The notes beneath the pieces were generated by a model, which had not been told where the DNA came from, did no database searches, and worked only from the letters and a program-made list of their open reading frames with translations. A DNA stretch of 32,000 nucleotides, from assembly GCF_000742835.1 (NCBI RefSeq), contig NZ_CP008941.1, forward strand, positions 1,757,690 through 1,789,689, read 5' to 3'. The position numbers and the translations under genes are program-made. This document shows, in pieces, positions 19,298 to 32,000 of the stretch. Position 1 is the stretch's first letter. Every line of letters begins with the position of its first letter. Origin of the DNA: Candidatus Odyssella acanthamoebae (GTDB lineage: Bacteria; Pseudomonadota; Alphaproteobacteria; Paracaedibacterales; Paracaedibacteraceae).

Positions 19298-20488
19298 TTA
19301 TTTTACGATTTTAGCAACGACGCCCGCACCCACGGTACGACCACCTTCGCGAATCGCAAAGCGAAGACCCTCGTCCATCGCAATCGGCGCAATCAATTCA
19401 ACGACCATACGAATGTTATCACCTGGCATAACCATTTCAACACCAGCTGGCAATTGGACTGTTCCGGTAACGTCTGTTGTCCGGAAGTAGAACTGTGGAC
19501 GATAGTTGGTAAAGAATGGCGTATGGCGACCACCTTCTTCTTTTGTCAGAATGTAAGCTTCTGCTTCGAAGTTTGTATGCGGCGTAATCGTACCAGGAGC
19601 TGCCAAAACTTGACCACGCTCAACATCTTCACGCTTTGTTCCACGCAGAAGAACACCAACGTTATCACCGGCTTCCCCTTGATCCAAAAGCTTACGGAAC
19701 ATTTCAACACCAGTACAAGTTGTCTTAACGGTGTCTTTTAGACCAACGATTTCGATTTCTTCACCAACCTTAACAACACCACGCTCAACACGACCTGTAA
19801 CAACAGTACCGCGACCAGAGATGGAGAAGACGTCTTCGATTGGCATCAAGAATGGACGATCTTTTGGACGTTCGGGTTGCGGAATATAGCTGTCAACAGC
19901 TTCCATCAACTTAAGAATCGCCTCACGACCAATTTCTGGATTCTTGTCTTCCAAAGCACAAAGAGCAGAACCACGGATAACGGGAATGTCATCGCCAGGG
20001 AAGTCATAAGAAGAAAGAAGTTCACGAACTTCTAATTCGACTAAGTCGAGAAGCTCAGCATCATCAACCATGTCAACTTTGTTCATGAAAACAACAAGAG
20101 CTGGAACACCAACTTGGCGAGCAAGAAGGATGTGTTCGCGGGTTTGTGGCATTGGACCATCAGCTGCGGAAACAACAAGAATAGCACCGTCCATTTGAGC
20201 CGCACCGGTGATCATGTTCTTAACATAGTCAGCGTGTCCTGGGCAGTCAACGTGGGCATAGTGACGATTGGTGGTTTCGTATTCAACGTGAGCGGTCGAA
20301 ATCGTAATACCGCGAGCGCGCTCTTCTGGCGCTTTGTCGATTTGATCATAGGCGGTAAATGTTGCCCCACCTGTCTCTGCCAAAACCTTTGTAATTGCCG
20401 CTGTCAAAGACGTTTTACCATGGTCAACGTGACCGATAGTTCCGATATTGCAATGCGGCTTGTTTCTTTCAAACTTTGCTTTAGTCAT
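19298..20488 (-). CDS. tuf: Elongation factor Tu
   Basis: [35 protein letters not shown] and [29 protein letters not shown]. Confidence 0.99.
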   Translation of the reverse strand: MTKAKFERNKPHCNIGTIGHVDHGKTSLTAAITKVLAETGGATFTAYDQIDKAPEERARGITISTAHVEYETTNRHYAHVDCPGHADYVKNMITGAAQMDGAILVVSAADGPMPQTREHILLARQVGVPALVVFMNKVDMVDDAELLDLVELEVRELLSSYDFPGDDIPVIRGSALCALEDKNPEIGREAILKLMEAVDSYIPQPERPKDRPFLMPIEDVFSISGRGTVVTGRVERGVVKVGEEIEIVGLKDTVKTTCTGVEMFRKLLDQGEAGDNVGVLLRGTKREDVERGQVLAAPGTITPHTNFEAEAYILTKEEGGRHTPFFTNYRPQFYFRTTDVTGTVQLPAGVEMVMPGDNIRMVVELIAPIAMDEGLRFAIREGGRTVGAGVVAKIVK

Positions 20489-20518
20489 TATTAAATCCTT
20501 TTGTCAAAACAGCAAAGG

Positions 20519-22594
20519 CTAGCTCGCCTTTGCTACAATTTCATCTGCTACGTGTTGTGGAACTTGTTCATAGTGGTCGAACTGCATTGTGAACTGTGCA
20601 CGTCCTTGGCTCATAGAACGCAGTGTATTAACGTATCCGAACATACTTGCCAATGGAACCATTGCATTAATAACGCGAGCGTTCGCTCGTTGATCCATAC
20701 TTGAAATTTGACCACGGCGGCTGTTTAAGTCACCGATAATGTCACCCATGTATTCCTCAGGGGTCACAACTTCAACTTTCATAATGGGCTCAAGCAAACG
20801 AGGGTTACACTTACCAATTCCCTCGCGGAAAGCAGCGCGTGCTGCGATTTCGAAAGCAAGAGCACTCGAGTCTACATCGTGGTAGGCACCATCAATCAAT
20901 GTAGCCTTAAAGTCAATCAATGGGAAACCAGCGATAACACCATTATCCATGGCGGATACAAGACCTTTTTGAACGCCAGGGATGTATTCTTTCGGAACAG
21001 AGCCTCCAACGATTTTATTTTCAAAAATAAATCCTGAACCAGCTTCTAATGGTTCAAAAACAATCTTAACCCGACCAAACTGACCAGAACCACCTGATTG
21101 TTTTTTGTGAGTATAATCAACTTCAGCAAGTTTAGTAATGGTTTCACGATAGGCAACTTGCGGTGCACCGACGTTGGCTTCGACTTTAAACTCACGCCGC
21201 ATACGGTCAACGATGATTTCAAGATGAAGTTCACCCATTCCTTTAATAACTGTTTGGCCACTTTCATTATCGCTCGTAACGCGGAATGATGGATCTTCGC
21301 TAGCCAAACGAGACAAGGCAAGACCCATTTTTTCTTGGTCAGCTTTTGTCTTTGGTTCAACAGCAACCTCAATAACCGGCTCTGGGAATTCCATACGCTC
21401 GAGGATAACTTGTTTCGAAGAATCGCAAAGGGTTTCACCCGTTGTTGTGTACTTCAACCCACATACAGCAACGATATCACCAGCATGAGCCTCAGAAATA
21501 TCTTCCCGTGTATTGGCATGCATCAAAAGCATACGTCCCACACGTTCTTTTTGGTCCTTAACTGAGTTATGGATATAAGTACCGGTCTTAAGAACGCCTG
21601 AATAAATGCGAACGAATGTTAATGTCCCTACAAACGGGTCAGTCATAATCTTAAATGCCAAACCACTAAATGGTTCATCATCAGAGATCTTACGCACAAT
21701 TTCAGTCTCACCGTCTACTGTCGTACCCTTAACTTCAACCAGATCATCTGGGGATGGCAAGTAGTCAATAACAGCGTCCAGGAGCGCCTGAACACCTTTA
21801 TTTTTGAACGCACTACCACAAAGAACTGGAACAAACAAGCTTGCCAAAACACCTTTCCGGATAGCAGTCTTAATTTCTGCAACAGAAATTTCTTCGCCAT
21901 TAAGGTAACGTTCTGTCAAAGCATCATCAGCTTCAACGGCTGTTTCAATTAATTTTGCGTGATATTCTTCAGCCTGAGCTTTAAGGTCTGCGGGAATTTC
22001 AACGACGTCAAACTTTGCCCCAAGAGAATCATCTTGCCAAATAAGAGCCTTCATGCTAAGGACGTCAACAACACCGACGAAGTCAGCTTCTGCGCCAATT
22101 GGAAGATACAGCACGAGTGGACGAGCTCCTAACCGCTCAACAATCATGTCAATGCAGCGGAAAAAGTTTGCACCCATACGGTCTAGTTTATTCACAAAAC
22201 AAATGCGGGGAACGCCATACTTATCAGCTTGACGCCAAACAGTTTCAGATTGAGGTTCAACCCCCGCAACACCGTCAAAAACAGTAACAGCACCATCGAG
22301 CACGCGAAGACTGCGTTCAACTTCAATCGTAAAGTCAACGTGCCCTGGGGTGTCAATAATGTTGATACGATGATCATTCCAGAAACAGGTTGTAGCAGCT
22401 GACGTAATTGTAATACCGCGCTCTTGTTCCTGTTCCATCCAGTCCATGACGGCCGTACCTTCATGAACTTCACCAATTTTATATGATTTTCCTGTGTAAT
22501 ATAGAATGCGCTCAGTTGTTGTCGTTTTACCGGCATCAATGTGCGCCATAATACCTATATTGCGGTATTTAGAAAGGGGATGTGTTCTTGCCAT
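20519..22594 (-). CDS. fusA: Elongation factor G
   Basis: [26 protein letters not shown] and [29 protein letters not shown]. Confidence 0.99.
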   Translation of the reverse strand: MARTHPLSKYRNIGIMAHIDAGKTTTTERILYYTGKSYKIGEVHEGTAVMDWMEQEQERGITITSAATTCFWNDHRINIIDTPGHVDFTIEVERSLRVLDGAVTVFDGVAGVEPQSETVWRQADKYGVPRICFVNKLDRMGANFFRCIDMIVERLGARPLVLYLPIGAEADFVGVVDVLSMKALIWQDDSLGAKFDVVEIPADLKAQAEEYHAKLIETAVEADDALTERYLNGEEISVAEIKTAIRKGVLASLFVPVLCGSAFKNKGVQALLDAVIDYLPSPDDLVEVKGTTVDGETEIVRKISDDEPFSGLAFKIMTDPFVGTLTFVRIYSGVLKTGTYIHNSVKDQKERVGRMLLMHANTREDISEAHAGDIVAVCGLKYTTTGETLCDSSKQVILERMEFPEPVIEVAVEPKTKADQEKMGLALSRLASEDPSFRVTSDNESGQTVIKGMGELHLEIIVDRMRREFKVEANVGAPQVAYRETITKLAEVDYTHKKQSGGSGQFGRVKIVFEPLEAGSGFIFENKIVGGSVPKEYIPGVQKGLVSAMDNGVIAGFPLIDFKATLIDGAYHDVDSSALAFEIAARAAFREGIGKCNPRLLEPIMKVEVVTPEEYMGDIIGDLNSRRGQISSMDQRANARVINAMVPLASMFGYVNTLRSMSQGRAQFTMQFDHYEQVPQHVADEIVAKAS

Positions 22595-22613
22595 CTAGTA
22601 TTAACTCCCCTAA

Positions 22614-23084
22614 TTACCAACGATAGTGAGCAAACGCACGGTTCGCTTCTGCCATTTTGTGAGTATCTTCACGCTTTTTAACAGCCGCACCGCGATTGTT
22701 AACTGCATCAAGTAATTCACCCGACAAACGATCAATCATTGTCTTTTCAGAACGCTTACGGGAGCTACCAATAATCCAGCGGAAAGCCAAAGCTTGGGCA
22801 CGATCTGTACGCACATCGCAAGGAACTTGATACGTGGCGCCACCGACACGACGGCTACGGACTTCAAGGGATGGCTTAATGTTTTCTAGAGCTTCTTCAA
22901 AAATCTCTAGGGAGTTCTTACCACCCTTACCGTCGATTTTATCAAAAGCACCGTAGACGATTCTTTCAGCCACAGACTTTTTACCTTGGTACATAATGTT
23001 GTTAATAAATTTTGCAAGAACGATGCTATTAAATTTAGCATCAGGATTGATCTCTCTTTTTTCAGCCGCGCGACGACGTGACAT
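22614..23084 (-). CDS. rpsG: 30S ribosomal protein S7
   Basis: [20 protein letters not shown] and [29 protein letters not shown]. Confidence 0.98.
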   Translation of the reverse strand: MSRRRAAEKREINPDAKFNSIVLAKFINNIMYQGKKSVAERIVYGAFDKIDGKGGKNSLEIFEEALENIKPSLEVRSRRVGGATYQVPCDVRTDRAQALAFRWIIGSSRKRSEKTMIDRLSGELLDAVNNRGAAVKKREDTHKMAEANRAFAHYRW

Positions 23085-23102
23085 GGTAACCTCTTATTCT
23101 CT

Positions 23103-23474
23103 TTACTTCGGACGCTTTGCGCCATATTTGGAGCGTGCTTGTTTACGATTTTTAACCCCTTGGGTGTCAAGTGTGCCACGAACGATGTGGTAACGCACAC
23201 CAGGCAAGTCTTTTACACGACCGCCACGAATCATAACTACAGAGTGTTCTTGTAAGTTGTGACCTTCACCTGGAATATATCCAGTGACTTCAAATCCATT
23301 CGTTAGACGAATACGGGCAACCTTACGTAACGCCGAGTTAGGCTTTTTTGGAGTTGTTGTAAATACACGAGTACATACACCACGCTTTTGAGGGCAAGCC
23401 TCAAGAGCAGGAACCTTATTTCTCGAAACTTTCGGAGCGCGTGGCTTCCGGATAAGTTGGTTAATTGTAGGCAT
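23103..23474 (-). CDS. rpsL: 30S ribosomal protein S12; ORF track start is 23513 but the conserved [12 protein letters not shown] start is at 23474
   Basis: [55 protein letters not shown]. Confidence 0.97.
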   Translation of the reverse strand: MPTINQLIRKPRAPKVSRNKVPALEACPQKRGVCTRVFTTTPKKPNSALRKVARIRLTNGFEVTGYIPGEGHNLQEHSVVMIRGGRVKDLPGVRYHIVRGTLDTQGVKNRKQARSKYGAKRPK

Positions 23475-23568
23475 GTGCCTATCCCCTTTTCTTTTACCTA
23501 TATTACTATTCACACTAATAGCTTGCCAAAACGCAAGGGCACCAGTATTTTCACACTAGTTTCCTTGA

Positions 23569-23597
23569 ATAATAAGCATGCTTTGTTAATATGTCAA
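23569..23597 (-). promoter_or_regulatory. Predicted sigma70-type promoter upstream of rpsL (str operon)
   Basis: On the minus strand: TTGACA (23597-23592), 17-nt spacer, TATTAT (23574-23569). Lies in the rpoC-rpsL intergenic gap. Confidence 0.65.
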
Positions 23598-23613
23598 CGA
23601 CTTGTTGCTATAT

Positions 23614-27798
<4,185 letters not shown>

Positions 27799-30700
27799 CT
27801 ATTGCTCAAAGGACATATTCAAACCAAGGGAACGAAGCTCTTTCACAAGCACGTTAAATGACTCTGGAATACCAGCTTCCATGTTGTCATCACCACGAAC
27901 AATCGCTTCATAAACCTTCGTCCGACCCGAAACGTCGTCTGACTTAACTGTCAGCATTTCTTGCAACGTATACGCCGCACCATATGCCTCCAGTGCCCAG
28001 ACTTCCATTTCCCCGAACCTTTGACCACCAAACTGGGCCTTACCACCAAGAGGCTGTTGAGTCACTAAACTGTATGGACCAATAGAACGAGCATGGATCT
28101 TATCGTCCACCAAATGGTGAAGCTTCAACATATAGATATAGCCCACAGTTGTTGGACGATCCAAGCGCTCGCCAGTGCGGCCATCAATCAAATACTGTTG
28201 ACCCGTTGTCGGAATTCCGCTGGCAATTAAGGCATCGGCAACATCTTGCTCAGAAGCCCCATCAAACACTGGTGTTGCAATCGGAATACCTCGCCGCAAA
28301 TTCTGCCCAAGCTCAAGAACTTGCTCATCCGACATAGCATCAATATCTTTTCCATCGAGCTTATCACTGTAAACCTTTTTAAGCTCTGCTTTTAAATCCG
28401 CAACCTTCGCGCTATTATGCTGCAGTTTGGTTACCACATCATTAATTTGTTTGCTTAGGCCTGCGGCAGCGGCTCCCATATGGGTCTCAAGAATCTGACC
28501 AACGTTCATACGAGATGGCAACCCGAGTGGGTTCAAAATAATATCAAGTGTCGTTCCATCTTCAAGATGTGGCATATCTTCCAAAGGAACAATACGAGAA
28601 ACAACGCCCTTATTTCCATGTCGACCCGCCATCTTGTCACCAGGTTGAATCTTACGCTTAACAGCAATAAAGACCTTTACCATTTTCAAGACACCAGGGG
28701 ATAACTCGTCACCGGTCCGTAGCTTTTCGACTTTACCTTCAAACCATTCTTGCAACTTTGCAAAACCTTCATCAAGGTGACGTTTCATTGCTTCTACATG
28801 GCTCATGATCTCATCATTATCAATGATAAGTTGTTTCCACTGATGTTTTGGTACTTCTGCAAGAAGCTCTTCGGTAATCTTGTCGCCAGTTTTAACGCCC
28901 TTTGGAGCTGAAGTAATCTTATGCCCCATAATCAATTCTTCTAGGTTTTTATAGAAGTTACGTTCTAAAATGGCGCGCTCAGCATCGCGGTCTTTTGCCA
29001 AACGTTCAATTTCTTGACGTTCAATGGTCAAAGCACGCTCGTCCTTATCAACGCCTCGGCGGGAGAAAACGCGCACGTCCACGATAGTTCCCGCAATCCC
29101 AGGCGGAACTCTCAACGAGGTATCACGAACATCCGATGCTTTTTCACCAAAAATGGCTCTAAGAAGCTTTTCTTCTGGCGTCATTGGCGACTCACCCTTG
29201 GGTGTTACTTTACCCACCAAGATGTCACCAGCCTTAACTTCAGCACCAATATAAATGATACCTGCTTCATCCAGGCTGCGCAGAGCTTCTTCACCAACGT
29301 TTGGAATATCGCGTGTAATTTCTTCATTGCCAAGTTTGGTGTCACGCGCCATGACCTCAAATTCCTCAATGTGTATCGACGTAAAGACATCGTCTTGAGC
29401 AATTCTTTCTGATAAAATGATTGAGTCTTCGAAGTTATAACCTTGCCATGACATAAAGCCAACCAAGACGTTACGGCCTAAAGCTAATTCACCTAATTCA
29501 GTTGCAGGGCCATCCGCAATAACGTCACCTTTTCTAATAATGTCACCCTTCTTAACCAGCGGCTTTTGGTTAATACAAGTGCTCATATTTGAACGTTGGA
29601 ATTTCTGTAGGTTATAAATGTCAACACCAACTGAATCATCCCCTTCTGTCCGTTCCGAGACACGAATAACAATTCGGCGACCGTCAACGCTGTCAACCAC
29701 ACCAGACCGTTTAGCCAGAACACAAGAACCGGAGTCTTTTGCAACGGTTGCTTCCATTCCCGTACCAACCAATGGCGCTTCGCATCGCAACAAAGGAACA
29801 GCTTGTCGTTGCATGTTTGATCCCATCAAAGCACGGTTTGCGTCATCATTCTCAAGGAAAGGAATCAACGATGCCGCTACAGAAACCAACTGCTTTGGAG
29901 AAACGTCAACAAGTGTAATATCTTCCCGAGGTTGGATAACGAATTCACCATTCTTACGACAGGTAACTAACTCGTCAGCAATACGACTCTCTTTATCCAA
30001 ATTGATGTTTGCCTGAGCAATAATATGACGGGTTTCTTCCATCGCTGTTAGGTAAACGATTTCATTGGTGACCTTACCATCTTTAACTTTGCGGTAAGGA
30101 CTTTCAATGAAGCCATATTGATTAACGCGGGCATAGGTCGCCAAAGAGTTAATCAAACCAATGTTTTGTCCTTCAGGCGTTTCAATTGGGCAAATACGGC
30201 CATAGTGGGTTGGATGAACGTCACGGACCTCGAAGCCAGCCCGATCACGCGTTAAGCCACCTGGTCCCAATGCTGACAAACGACGCTTGTGCGTAATTTC
30301 GGACAGCGGATTCGTTTGGTCCATAAATTGTGACAATTGTGATGAGCCAAAGAATTCACGAACAACAGCAGCAGCTGGTTTGGCATTAATCAAATCATGA
30401 GGCATCACTGTGTCGATTTCGACAGAGCTCATCCGCTCTTTAATCGCCCGTTCCATACGACTTAGGCCCACACGATATTGATTCTCAAGCAACTCACCAA
30501 CAGCACGAACACGACGGTTACCCAAGTTATCGATATCGTCAATTTCGCCGCGCCCGTCTTTTAGCTCAAGAAGGCCCTTGAGAATTGCAATGATATCTTC
30601 CTTGCGAAGAATACGAATTGCATCGGAACACTCCATATCCAAACGGGCATTCATTTTCACACGGCCTACGGCTGATAAGTCATATTTTTCGGCATCAAAG

Positions 30701-31968
30701 AATAGGCCTGTGAATAAAGCTTCAGCACCTTCTAGGGTTGGGGGCTCACCCGGGCGCATCACACGGTAAATTTCAAACAGAGCTTCTTCTCTATTATACA
30801 CTCGATCTGCAATTAGTGAGTTACGGAGGTAAGCGCCCACATTCACATTGTCAATTAAAAGGACCGGAATCTCTTTAAGATTAAAATTTTCTTCTAAAAC
30901 AGTAATTGTCTTTAGCGTTAGCTCTTCACCTGCTTCAGCATAAATCTCACCGGTGGATTCATTGATAAATTCCCGAGCAAGGTAGAGACCTTCAAGATTT
31001 TCGCTATAAACTAAAATTTCTTTTAATCCATCGATAGCAAATTTCTTAGCCATACGCGGAGTAATTTTTGTTCCAGCTGTTGCAATAACAGTACCAGTTG
31101 AGGCATCAATAAGGTCCGACGTCAACTTAACGCCGCGCCAATTGTCAGGGTTATAAGTTGTCTTCCAACCCTTTTTGTGCTTAGCATAAGTTACTGTGAC
31201 ATAGAAAGCATTCAAGATTTCCTCACGCGACATTCCTGTCACTGAGTTTGCCGGCAGGGTTTCGCCTTTAGCTTCCGCTTCAGCGCGCTTTTGGGCCGTT
31301 TCTGCAGAATCTAACGCCATTAAGAAAGCTGTAATTGGTAACTTACGGCGTCTGTCAATGCGGACATGGATTAAATCTTTTGGATCAAACTCAAAGTCTA
31401 ACCAAGAACCACGATATGGAACCACACGGGCAGCAAATAGATACTTCCCAGAAGAATGGCTCTTACCTTTATCATGATCAAAGAACACGCCAGGACTACG
31501 GTGCATCTGCGAGACAATAACACGCTCAACACCGTTAATGATGAAAGTTCCATTATCTGTCATCAACGGCATATCACCCATATAGACTTCTTGTTCTTTA
31601 ATGTCTTTAATGGATTTTGCGCCTGTATCTTCGTCAATATCCCACACTACAAGTCTAAGTGTTAATTTGAGAGGGGCAGCATAGGTCAATCCCCGTTGAC
31701 GGCATTCATCTTCATCATACTTTGGCTTATCAAAGTCGTATCTGAAATACTCTAGATGAGCTTTTCCGGAAAAATCAGTGATGGGAAAAGTTGTTTTGAA
31801 CACTTCATGTAAGCCGATTTCTTCTCTTTTGTTATAGGCAACACTTTGTTGCAAAAACTTTTCATAAGAAGACTTCTGCAATTCAATCAAATTCGGCATT
31901 TTTGCTTCATCAGAAATGCGACCGAAGTTTTTACGAAATCTCTTCATTCCGGTAAAAGATCTTACCAT
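27799..31968 (-). CDS. rpoB: DNA-directed RNA polymerase subunit beta; ORF track start is 31980, but the ATG at 31968 is preceded by GAGGG
   Basis: [68 protein letters not shown]. Confidence 0.98.
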   Translation of the reverse strand: MVRSFTGMKRFRKNFGRISDEAKMPNLIELQKSSYEKFLQQSVAYNKREEIGLHEVFKTTFPITDFSGKAHLEYFRYDFDKPKYDEDECRQRGLTYAAPLKLTLRLVVWDIDEDTGAKSIKDIKEQEVYMGDMPLMTDNGTFIINGVERVIVSQMHRSPGVFFDHDKGKSHSSGKYLFAARVVPYRGSWLDFEFDPKDLIHVRIDRRRKLPITAFLMALDSAETAQKRAEAEAKGETLPANSVTGMSREEILNAFYVTVTYAKHKKGWKTTYNPDNWRGVKLTSDLIDASTGTVIATAGTKITPRMAKKFAIDGLKEILVYSENLEGLYLAREFINESTGEIYAEAGEELTLKTITVLEENFNLKEIPVLLIDNVNVGAYLRNSLIADRVYNREEALFEIYRVMRPGEPPTLEGAEALFTGLFFDAEKYDLSAVGRVKMNARLDMECSDAIRILRKEDIIAILKGLLELKDGRGEIDDIDNLGNRRVRAVGELLENQYRVGLSRMERAIKERMSSVEIDTVMPHDLINAKPAAAVVREFFGSSQLSQFMDQTNPLSEITHKRRLSALGPGGLTRDRAGFEVRDVHPTHYGRICPIETPEGQNIGLINSLATYARVNQYGFIESPYRKVKDGKVTNEIVYLTAMEETRHIIAQANINLDKESRIADELVTCRKNGEFVIQPREDITLVDVSPKQLVSVAASLIPFLENDDANRALMGSNMQRQAVPLLRCEAPLVGTGMEATVAKDSGSCVLAKRSGVVDSVDGRRIVIRVSERTEGDDSVGVDIYNLQKFQRSNMSTCINQKPLVKKGDIIRKGDVIADGPATELGELALGRNVLVGFMSWQGYNFEDSIILSERIAQDDVFTSIHIEEFEVMARDTKLGNEEITRDIPNVGEEALRSLDEAGIIYIGAEVKAGDILVGKVTPKGESPMTPEEKLLRAIFGEKASDVRDTSLRVPPGIAGTIVDVRVFSRRGVDKDERALTIERQEIERLAKDRDAERAILERNFYKNLEELIMGHKITSAPKGVKTGDKITEELLAEVPKHQWKQLIIDNDEIMSHVEAMKRHLDEGFAKLQEWFEGKVEKLRTGDELSPGVLKMVKVFIAVKRKIQPGDKMAGRHGNKGVVSRIVPLEDMPHLEDGTTLDIILNPLGLPSRMNVGQILETHMGAAAAGLSKQINDVVTKLQHNSAKVADLKAELKKVYSDKLDGKDIDAMSDEQVLELGQNLRRGIPIATPVFDGASEQDVADALIASGIPTTGQQYLIDGRTGERLDRPTTVGYIYMLKLHHLVDDKIHARSIGPYSLVTQQPLGGKAQFGGQRFGEMEVWALEAYGAAYTLQEMLTVKSDDVSGRTKVYEAIVRGDDNMEAGIPESFNVLVKELRSLGLNMSFEQ

Positions 31969-32000
31969 TGATTCCCTCATTAAAAGTCTATTTAAAAATT

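Noticed and set aside
20114-20494. 126-aa plus-strand ORF antisense to tuf
   Set aside because: Antisense of a highly conserved, codon-biased gene. Long shadow ORFs are expected there and no start or RBS support was found.
29014-29412. 132-aa plus-strand ORF antisense to rpoB (and similar ones such as 26810-27184, 25936-26235, 18158-18520)
   Set aside because: Shadow ORFs of core genes with no recognisable domain or independent regulatory context.

Overview
The window has two parts. (1) About 1-5788 is an accessory, IS-scarred segment. It holds a 3' piece of an IS5-type transposase (minus strand, running off the left edge), a frameshifted and truncated IS6-type transposase remnant, two tandem secreted patatin-like phospholipase genes (1613-2710 and 2793-3902, + strand), and a truncated IS3-family element whose orfB is cut by a complete IS5-family element with 17-bp terminal inverted repeats (4682-5788). 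(2) About 5859-32000 is a co-directional minus-strand str-S10-spc-alpha supercluster: rpoB, rpoC, rpsL, rpsG, fusA, tuf, rpsJ, rplC, rplD, rplW, rplB, rpsS, rplV, rpsC, rplP, rpmC, rpsQ, rplN, rplX, rplE, rpsN, rpsH, rplF, rplR, rpsE, rpmD, rplO, secY, adk, rpsM, rpsK, rpoA, rplQ. It ends in a strong bidirectional-looking terminator. The gene order and protein sequences fit an alphaproteobacterium; an intracellular lineage such as Holosporales/Rickettsiales-like is inference only. I found no convincing novel defence or RNA system. The best candidate for follow-up is the tandem patatin pair on the IS-flanked segment: one copy has canonical active-site motifs, the other diverges at three conserved positions, and a strong hairpin lies between the genes. 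Secondary observations are an A5/A6 homopolymer difference between the two IS5-type copies that decides whether the transposase is one ORF or two, a near-consensus sigma70 promoter between rpoC and rpsL, and a GC-rich hairpin between tuf and rpsJ.
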